Shown: piece after piece, positions 53,538 to 60,977 of the stretch
How positions within the stretch are numbered: position 1 is the first letter of the stretch
Layout: each line of letters begins with the position of its first letter
DNA from: Candidatus Shapirobacteria bacterium
GTDB lineage: Bacteria > Patescibacteriota > Microgenomatia > UBA12405
Direction: 5' to 3'
NCBI GenBank assembly: GCA_041649835.1
Contig: JBAZML010000001.1
Span: 38,722 to 102,721 of the forward strand
DNA length: 64,000 nt
Made by a program: the position numbers and the translations under genes
The notes under the pieces: model-generated
The model's input: only the letters and a program-made list of their open reading frames with translations
Database searches by the model: none
What the model was told of the DNA's origin: nothing

Positions 53538-53778
53538 CGGCAAAAAGTGATAATAGAAAGTATTCAAGAATAACGGAAAGTTGAAGATCGCCCCGACGAT
53601 GATGATGAAATAAACTCCAAATAAAATATAAAGCGGCGGTACTACAAACAAGAATACGTTCATCACGAACATCAAAATTGAGCTGAAAATAGAACAAGAG
53701 AAAGAGAGAAACCGCTAATATTATACCTAATATAAGGTAATTAAGAGAATGTTTTTTTATTTCTTTTAAAATAATCAT
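53509..53778 (-). CDS. Small membrane protein
   Basis: Three TM segments, W..FHH....L...VILEY. Confidence 0.7.
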   Translation of the reverse strand: MIILKEIKKHSLNYLILGIILAVSLFLLFYFQLNFDVRDERILVCSTAALYFIWSLFHHHRRGDLQLSVILEYFLLSLFAVIVALTILV

Positions 53779-53782
53779 TGAA

Positions 53783-54685
53783 TTAAAAGATAGTCCCCTG
53801 TCGGCCAAAAATAAGTAACATTAAAATAATTAAAATAAAACCGATGTGGCTAGCGGACGAACCGGTTAAGCGGTGAGTATTATTTTTTAGAGTTATATAA
53901 GAATCTATTGATAGAACGATAATGATTAGGGCAAAAATAATTGAACCGATAATTTTACTTATCAATAAAGGACTGATCATGGGGGAAACAGCACTTGTTC
54001 CAAGTGATTGATTTAAGGGAATAATTTGGGGTTCGGTAATAGTATCCAAAGCGAGGGGTGCCTCAACAACAATTTCTTCACTGGATTGGGTTGATGGTTC
54101 CTTTTTAACTGCAACCTGAGCGTTGAGAGGAGTCGCAAAATGTTGAACAACCAGAGTTGTCTTGACACCATTTAAAATTCCATTGACAACAGCGATGCCA
54201 ATCTCCTGATATTTACCATTAATGATGTTATCGCGATGGGTCGGAGAATTCATCCAGGCTTTCATCAAACCATCGGTGTCATAGAAATCTTTGGCCAAAT
54301 TCTCACCAGCAACGGAATATTTGTAACCAGAAGATTTAAAAAAATCCCAAGGAGTTTTACCCGAAGGGGAGTTGTGTGCCCAATAATTATTGGTAAACAT
54401 ATCCGTAGCTTTGGCGGCTGCAGATTGAGAAAGAACTGGATTATATTGTAAAAGTGAAAGACCCATTTTTTGTCGCTCGACATTGGTTTGAGAAAGAACC
54501 TTTTGAGTGGTAATTTCCGAAGAATAGCCAAGTATTCCGGGTTTTAACATTGTCAGTGACGAGATAATTGATTGATTAAGAAGATAAATGGCAATAAAAA
54601 TCCCCAAAAAAGAAGGGGAAAGCATCAAGGCCCGGTGATTATTTTGTTCCTGAGGAATAAAAAGTAAAGAAATAAATCTGGCCAT
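53783..54685 (-). CDS. CAP/SCP-domain membrane-anchored protein
   Basis: TN.ER, A.AKA.DM...YWAH, AGENLA, WMNSPTHR.NI; N- and C-terminal TMs. Confidence 0.92.
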   Translation of the reverse strand: MARFISLLFIPQEQNNHRALMLSPSFLGIFIAIYLLNQSIISSLTMLKPGILGYSSEITTQKVLSQTNVERQKMGLSLLQYNPVLSQSAAAKATDMFTNNYWAHNSPSGKTPWDFFKSSGYKYSVAGENLAKDFYDTDGLMKAWMNSPTHRDNIINGKYQEIGIAVVNGILNGVKTTLVVQHFATPLNAQVAVKKEPSTQSSEEIVVEAPLALDTITEPQIIPLNQSLGTSAVSPMISPLLISKIIGSIIFALIIIVLSIDSYITLKNNTHRLTGSSASHIGFILIILMLLIFGRQGTIF

Positions 54686-54713
54686 AATTCAGTATAGCTT
54701 TTTATGATTTTGA

Positions 54714-55319
54714 CTACAAGATACCTTTCTCTTTAAGCTGTTGACGGACATTTTTTGAATCTTCACATAATATGGTTGTAATCCCCAATTCATGGGCAGT
54801 TTCAATATTTTTTGGAGAATCATCAATAAAAACAATTTCTTTAGCATTTACTTCTAAAACATCTATCAAATTATAAAAAGCATCCCGATTGGGTTTTGCT
54901 AAACCGGTTTCGCCAGAAATTAACATCAAATCAAATATTTTATCTAAGTGTTCGACTTCCCGCATGCGCCGTCCTCCCTCTTTAGAATAATTTGAAAACA
55001 GGGCTGTTTTATAACCATCAGATTTAAGCTTTTTAATTATAAAAATAATATTTTTGTTAATTTTTTTAGGTTTTTTAACAAAAGTTAAAACTTCTTCAAG
55101 TAAAAAAATTTTATCCATATCGAAAAGAACCCGACGCCACAATTCTTCCCAAGAAATTTTTCCTATATTGTGCAGATTATTGTGACGATAATATATTTTT
55201 TTGTAATCAGCAATTTTGACATCGATAATTTTAGAAATATTCTGATCAAATTTAAGGCCTGTATCCCCAGCGACCACCCCAGCATAATCAAAAACAATGG
55301 CTTTATACTTCATATTCAA
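54714..55319 (-). CDS. HAD-family phosphatase
   Basis: FDYAGV, LFSN, KP, FIDDS..N. Confidence 0.88.
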   Translation of the reverse strand: MNMKYKAIVFDYAGVVAGDTGLKFDQNISKIIDVKIADYKKIYYRHNNLHNIGKISWEELWRRVLFDMDKIFLLEEVLTFVKKPKKINKNIIFIIKKLKSDGYKTALFSNYSKEGGRRMREVEHLDKIFDLMLISGETGLAKPNRDAFYNLIDVLEVNAKEIVFIDDSPKNIETAHELGITTILCEDSKNVRQQLKEKGIL

Positions 55320-55348
55320 GAGTATATCAGCATTAAAGATTGGATAAA

Positions 55349-56224
55349 TTATTTCGTTAAACTTTCTATGTACGAGACTTTCAAAAATGTGGGTAGAAGT
55401 TTAAAGGAGGCGATGATGGCATCTAAATCTTGCTGGCCATCCGGTAAACCGCCGGCAGCCAATATCCTTTCACCGACGCCCCCTACATTAATGGGTACGG
55501 CACCTAAAATTCTTGATACATAATATTTTTGATTCGGACCGGATATCTTTCCGGAACTTAAAACAGCTTTTACCTTGGCTTCAACAACTCCATAATTTGA
55601 TGGGTTCTCAACTCTTCCGGCTGATTGGGAACAAATTATTGTGGGTTGGAGATTTCTTGATTTTGGAAGAGCCAACATAACAACACCTGTCCTGTCATTT
55701 GGCAATTCTGAATCTATTTTTTTTAAACATGAATAAACTATTTCAACGGCAGGTAAGGTTTCTCTAACTTTTTTGTTAGCTGATAAAATAGCTTTTTGGG
55801 ATATTTCAGCTCCTTCTAGTGGTTTGATATCTTCAGAAACCGTAACAACCGTCAATCCGGAGATTTTATCAATAGCAAAACCCGGAATAGTAGTAGCGTT
55901 AAAATATATTCCATAGCTAGCGGAAGATCTTTCATCATTTTTAAGTTTTTGTAATTGTCCAGATGCTGATCTACCTCCAACGACCAATGAATATTTTGCT
56001 TGTAAGATAGCTTGATTAGTCAATCTTTGTATTGATTCGTCGTATGTTTCAGTGTTTTCGCCAAATCCTTCATTATCTGAAGTTCGGACTGCCAGTGGAT
56101 AATCATAAGCAAATCCATATGTGACCCTCACAAGAGAATTTTTAACCTGATTTCGAGATAAAATTTCAGTTGCTTTGTCAGCCAATTTGGCAGCTCTAAT
56201 ATATAATTCAACACCATGTTTCAT
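55349..56224 (-). CDS. Hypothetical protein, possible tandem GlcG/HbpS-like domains
   Basis: C-half AKVKAV..G..SG...GAVPI..GG...LAAGG....QD; N-half has a weaker similar pattern. Confidence 0.55.
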   Translation of the reverse strand: MKHGVELYIRAAKLADKATEILSRNQVKNSLVRVTYGFAYDYPLAVRTSDNEGFGENTETYDESIQRLTNQAILQAKYSLVVGGRSASGQLQKLKNDERSSASYGIYFNATTIPGFAIDKISGLTVVTVSEDIKPLEGAEISQKAILSANKKVRETLPAVEIVYSCLKKIDSELPNDRTGVVMLALPKSRNLQPTIICSQSAGRVENPSNYGVVEAKVKAVLSSGKISGPNQKYYVSRILGAVPINVGGVGERILAAGGLPDGQQDLDAIIASFKLLPTFLKVSYIESLTK

Positions 56225-56271
56225 ATGTTGAATATTTTACTTTGAATTTAAGTAAAAGTAAAGATTATAGG

Positions 56272-57429
56272 CTATAATTTTATTTGTTTTTCACATTTCT
56301 TTTTCAATGAAAATATTAGAGGTAAAAGAAACGAAAAAATGTTACCAAGATAATAATAAGGAAATTTTTGACAGGTGGATTTTGATAAGTAATAGTCAAA
56401 GATTAGGGATAATATAGAAATTGATAAAGTAATGAAGTGATAGGGACAAATTATTATGTTGACCATGAGCGCTAAAAGAAAAGCAAAAGGAAAAATATTG
56501 ACACAACTGACACCCTCAACACTACCAGTAGTATCTGGAACAGTATCCTGTACACCCAAGATTTCAGAGTTAAAACCGATAGCAGGTTGTTGATTTACTA
56601 AAACTTGACCATTTGGGATAGCTGACACAATATCGGAAAATATACCAGAGGCACAGCCGTTGCCAGTGCGAATCTTAAAATAATAAATAGTGTCAGCGGA
56701 AAGATTATTAATTGTATATGAGTTAATCCCCTTGCCACCAATATTTGGATTACCATATTTTCCGGCATCCGGATTATTGCTATAAGCAATTAGATAATAT
56801 GTAAAATTATCAGTAGGTTCATCCCAAAAAAGCGTAACTGTATTTTGACCACTAATAGTTCGTAAATTTTGAGGAATCTGAAAAGGTGTAGCATCACGAC
56901 ACCGAATATCGATGTCACTTGAGGTGTTTTCATTGGAAGCTATAGTGGGGACAGGAGTGACGTTTTCAGTGTCACATGTAAAATTAAAACTAATATCAAA
57001 ATAGTTGTTTTGTAATTGAAATTCATTGCCTGCCGATTGTTTTAGGGATATTGTCCAGCGATAGTCTTTATATTGATTTCCATCTATATTACCCAATTGA
57101 TGGGTTTTTTCATCAAATATGTCGCTAATTTGTCCCGAATACCAAACATCGCTTCCATTGACTACACTCAATGTTAAAACTGTTGATAAATTATTGGAAT
57201 TTAAAATTGGGTTGAATTTAAATAGAAGATTACAACTATCTGTACGATGATTTATTACTTTTAGAGTTTGCGAATTGATGAATCCGGGGACAATATTTAA
57301 TTCGTTAAAAAATGGTAATTTATGTGACTTGGTGCAGGAATCAGTAGAACAAGTAATGGTTATATCATTGCCAGCAAAAACAGGAGAAGAAAAAATGATT
57401 AAAATAATAAGAAAAATTATTATTTTCAC
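56272..57429 (-). CDS. Secreted TasA/camelysin-like domain + FN3 + C-terminal membrane anchor
   Basis: Signal VFA|G; NIVPG....L.V.N, YSG..., AGNEFQ...FNF; FN3 VTLFW..YTINNL...TIYYFKIR; three C-terminal TMs. Confidence 0.75.
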   Translation of the reverse strand: MKIIIFLIILIIFSSPVFAGNDITITCSTDSCTKSHKLPFFNELNIVPGFINSQTLKVINHRTDSCNLLFKFNPILNSNNLSTVLTLSVVNGSDVWYSGQISDIFDEKTHQLGNIDGNQYKDYRWTISLKQSAGNEFQLQNNYFDISFNFTCDTENVTPVPTIASNENTSSDIDIRCRDATPFQIPQNLRTISGQNTVTLFWDEPTDNFTYYLIAYSNNPDAGKYGNPNIGGKGINSYTINNLSADTIYYFKIRTGNGCASGIFSDIVSAIPNGQVLVNQQPAIGFNSEILGVQDTVPDTTGSVEGVSCVNIFPFAFLLALMVNIIICPYHFITLSISILSLIFDYYLSKSTCQKFPYYYLGNIFSFLLPLIFSLKKKCEKQIKL

Positions 57430-59687
57430 AAATTAAAAATAAATGTTTTTGGCGGAAGGTCACTAAAAGTTACCGTAAAACTACTTCCTAAACCTGAGCT
57501 CGATACACATGTTCCACCACTACTACAGGTGCCTAAATAGAAATCACGAGTTGAGACCCCATCGGTATCAATTGCGTTTGGCAAAATTTGACCATAAATT
57601 TGTTGAGGACCTGAAATATCAGAATAATCAATAGTGTACGACATATCTGAAAGTGTCGTTGACAGACCTGAAATACTGAGAGTAATTTTGGAAACTGAGA
57701 GGCGAGATTCCAAATTAAAAAATGGAGGAGAATTTGTCATTACCCAAGGACCCAAGCCATCAACAATTCTTTGCCATACCGATGTACCCAAATTACTAAC
57801 CGTGGTGGAATCAACTAAATTACCGTCAACAAATAATTTTATTTCACTGAGAACTGAAATGGGGGTTGATAAAATAATATTAAAAGACTGCATGGGCGAA
57901 AGAGTACCCGATAATGAGATAGGTAAGTCGCTATTAATAACATAGGAATATTTACTTAAATCAACCGTTTCACTCTGACTGTTATTAAATAGAGTAATTA
58001 TATTTTGAGAAATTTTATTTAAAACTAATGGTGGTAATACAACGATTGATTGATGATGTATATTTTCAGTATTCTGTGCAGAATCTGTCGATGAGAAACT
58101 AACAATATTTTCCCCTGGAACAAGAATTATTGGTGATGAAGTAGAGGCTATATCTGATCCCAAATCAGTAGCAATATTATCAAAGATACTTGTCTCTCCA
58201 ACCCTGGTATCTAAAGAAAAAATATTAATATTGTCAAGATAAACCCACGAATTATAATCATCACCACTACCGGTATCAGTTAAAGAAAACAATAATTTGA
58301 AAGTTTGACCGGCAAAACTGGTTAAACTGCGGCTAAGAGTTATCCAACCGGAATCATAGTTATAATCATCAGTATTTAAGTTACCAAAATTTAAAATATT
58401 TTCTAAAATATTAGTACCAGAAAGGTCAGTAATATCAACATTAAAATGGTCATAATCTGCTATGTCATGACTAAAAAAATGATAAGAAAATTTTAACGTT
58501 GAAGATGCAGATGCGGGCAGGGAAACCGTTTGATAAAAAGAATCTGTACCATTAATAGTTTTGGCTTCAGAGCCCAAGATATAGACATTGTTGTCAAGGT
58601 CACCGTTATTAATAATGTGATGATCTCCAATAGAAGATGAAACTTGCCAACCCACCATGCCATTTTCAAAATTACCGTTAATTAAGTAATCTTGACCAGT
58701 GCAAATATGATTTGGGAGAGATTGATTGTCGAGATTGGTAGTTGGCGGAATAGTGTCAACTTTTATTTGATTGTAATAATAATCAAAGTCTTTTGTTTCG
58801 ACATTACCAGAAGAATCGGTGGCCACTGATTCGAAACTATATAATCCATCACCTTCTGGGGAGGTAAAATGAAAATTACCCATGGGGCCATAGATTGTTT
58901 CTGAAAATAACTGCCAAGAATTATAGTTGAAAGAATAATATAGTTGAATATAAGCAACAGATTCATTGTCATCAGCAGTGGACATAATATTGAAGTTGTG
59001 AATGTTTTTGGTTGAAATATCCATCAAATCTATTGATGATTCCGGTGGAGTTAACTCTCCGATAGAAAAAGTTATGCCGGAAATTAAACTAGTTGAAGTA
59101 TAAAATGCTGAAATACTTTTAGTAACCTGAACAACAAAAATACTGATAAATAACAGTAGTTGAATAATTATTTTAGGAAATTTCTTTTTTAGATTATTTT
59201 TTATCTTAAATATTTCTGAAATTATTAATAACCCTGCAGGCAAACAGATACCAAAAATAAAACCAAGTGGACGACGGAGAAGTGCAACGATATATCCAAT
59301 GTACGGTATGGAAAATTGATATCGTCCTATTACCCCAACGTCAACAACATCCCACTGATCGATTGTATTGTTATTATCTCCTTTGGTTGAAAACCGTATC
59401 GGATTTGTCGATTTTATTAAATTTATACGATGAAGAATGGTATCTTTTGAATTATTTGGCGAGGCAAAAGCAATAATGTCACCGGTTTTTAAGATATTTG
59501 GATTAATTGGTTTTACAAAAACAAGTGAACCTGATTTGATAAGTGGTTCCATTGAACCACTTACAACAACGAATGATTTGGGAATATTTTGAAAGAATGA
59601 TGGAGAAATAACAAAAAAGACAAATATTGACATGGTAAAAATAATTATCTTTTTTAAAATGTTTGAACTGTTTTTTATATTAAGCAC
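57426..59687 (-). CDS. sipW: SipW-type signal peptidase I fused to a SipW-signal-bearing extracellular passenger
   Basis: VVSGSMEP, ILHR, TKGDNN..D (Ser-His ER/SipW type); internal signal ...SISA|FYTSTSLISGITFSIG; Ig-like DTxPP units and NGNFE..GW beta-sandwich. Confidence 0.85.
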   Translation of the reverse strand: MLNIKNSSNILKKIIIFTMSIFVFFVISPSFFQNIPKSFVVVSGSMEPLIKSGSLVFVKPINPNILKTGDIIAFASPNNSKDTILHRINLIKSTNPIRFSTKGDNNNTIDQWDVVDVGVIGRYQFSIPYIGYIVALLRRPLGFIFGICLPAGLLIISEIFKIKNNLKKKFPKIIIQLLLFISIFVVQVTKSISAFYTSTSLISGITFSIGELTPPESSIDLMDISTKNIHNFNIMSTADDNESVAYIQLYYSFNYNSWQLFSETIYGPMGNFHFTSPEGDGLYSFESVATDSSGNVETKDFDYYYNQIKVDTIPPTTNLDNQSLPNHICTGQDYLINGNFENGMVGWQVSSSIGDHHIINNGDLDNNVYILGSEAKTINGTDSFYQTVSLPASASSTLKFSYHFFSHDIADYDHFNVDITDLSGTNILENILNFGNLNTDDYNYDSGWITLSRSLTSFAGQTFKLLFSLTDTGSGDDYNSWVYLDNINIFSLDTRVGETSIFDNIATDLGSDIASTSSPIILVPGENIVSFSSTDSAQNTENIHHQSIVVLPPLVLNKISQNIITLFNNSQSETVDLSKYSYVINSDLPISLSGTLSPMQSFNIILSTPISVLSEIKLFVDGNLVDSTTVSNLGTSVWQRIVDGLGPWVMTNSPPFFNLESRLSVSKITLSISGLSTTLSDMSYTIDYSDISGPQQIYGQILPNAIDTDGVSTRDFYLGTCSSGGTCVSSSGLGSSFTVTFSDLPPKTFIFNL

Positions 59688-59690
59688 CTA

Positions 59691-59720
59691 ATAGATCACA
59701 GAATATTTTCCGTGATCTAT
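59691..59720 (-). other. 13-bp RNA hairpin between the TasA-like gene and the SipW fusion
   Basis: Minus strand ATAGATCACGGAA-aata-TTCTGTGATCTAT (one G-U pair). Confidence 0.7.
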
Positions 59721-59733
59721 AGACGTGTAATAT

Positions 59734-60288
59734 TTACTGTTGGGTGCCAAGAAATTGAAAGGAAAGACCTGACAGAGTTTGACCAGTGTCATTGTTGTCA
59801 ATCCCATTTAAGGAAACTTTCATTTGATATTTTTGAGAATTACCATAACTTATGGAGTCAATTTCAAAACCGGTTGTTTGCCATTGAGATATAGGACCTG
59901 ATGCCAAATCAATCCACGTAGTACCGTTATATTTTTGGAAGCTGACAATAATTTTATTACCGATTACACTCCAGGAGGAAGAATTTGATGCGGGAGAATT
60001 ATCTATTAATTTTGTAAAAATATTTAAACCAATATTTGAAAGACTCGTGTTTTTTAAATAAAACTCTTGGGAACCCAAGAAACCCGGAGCCATATTAGTG
60101 TAATTAGAAACCGGTTCGAAAGTAGTATCCCAGGTATTACCATCAATACTAATTTTGAGATCGGCACTACCAGTACTAAAAGTTAAACCACTGACTGTGG
60201 CAGTAGAACTGAATAGGGCATAGGCGGATGAAGAGACCAGTCCGAGAATAAAAACTATGAGTAAAATACTTGAGACTATTTTTTTCAT
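59734..60288 (-). CDS. TasA-like protein with SipW-dependent signal peptide
   Basis: MKKI..h-region..SAYA|LFSSTATVSGLTFSTGSADLKIS; NMAPG....F.LKN; C-terminal GQTL..L.F.F.GTQ. Confidence 0.85.
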   Translation of the reverse strand: MKKIVSSILLIVFILGLVSSSAYALFSSTATVSGLTFSTGSADLKISIDGNTWDTTFEPVSNYTNMAPGFLGSQEFYLKNTSLSNIGLNIFTKLIDNSPASNSSSWSVIGNKIIVSFQKYNGTTWIDLASGPISQWQTTGFEIDSISYGNSQKYQMKVSLNGIDNNDTGQTLSGLSFQFLGTQQ

Positions 60289-60371
60289 TAATATTTACCT
60301 TTAAATTGTCAAAAATATAACATTTGACTAGTAAATATTAATACAATGTAAGAAAGTGTACAACTAGATAA

Positions 60372-60977
60372 TCAGATTGATTTTGCTATGATTATCAAAC
60401 GGCTGAGCGTAGTACCCGGAGGCCAACAAGTCATCAAAGTTAGTGTATTAGTGTTTTGTTTATTAGATAAGTAGTTGATATCGGTGTTTTTGACAATCTT
60501 TTTTTCAGCGACTTTATATTTGTACTCACTTTTTTCATAGTTAATTGTAATTTCGTCATCCAAATCAAGCTTGTCTGTCAAATAAAAAATGGCATTAAAT
60601 TGATTGGCCTGATACCAGGAATTGGCTGAGTGAGCAAAGATAAAGATATTACCCGGGAAACCGGGGAGTCCAGAACCTTTGGCATGAGCCACCCCTTTTG
60701 TTAATGCTTTCTGATATTCAGAGGAGTTATAGGGATCAACATTTTTAACCACATTGGCATTGACACCAATTTTAGGAATTTGAATTGAAAAATCTGTGTT
60801 TATCGGTACTATTTGGTCTTTTGATGGTAGTATCTTCTGAGCTTGATAACCAAGTTCCGCCTGTGCTACAGGAAAAAAAGTTTTGACCAAAATAAATGCT
60901 GAAGCGATTACTAGTATGTATCCCAGTGGGCCAAGTATCTTATTTACGACGGGTACTTTTCTTTTTCTCCGAGACAT
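60372..60977 (-). CDS. Sortase-family protein
   Basis: N-terminal TM, IPKIGVNA, GVAH, IFAHS, LTLMTCWPPGT..R. Confidence 0.92.
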   Translation of the reverse strand: MSRRKRKVPVVNKILGPLGYILVIASAFILVKTFFPVAQAELGYQAQKILPSKDQIVPINTDFSIQIPKIGVNANVVKNVDPYNSSEYQKALTKGVAHAKGSGLPGFPGNIFIFAHSANSWYQANQFNAIFYLTDKLDLDDEITINYEKSEYKYKVAEKKIVKNTDINYLSNKQNTNTLTLMTCWPPGTTLSRLIIIAKSI

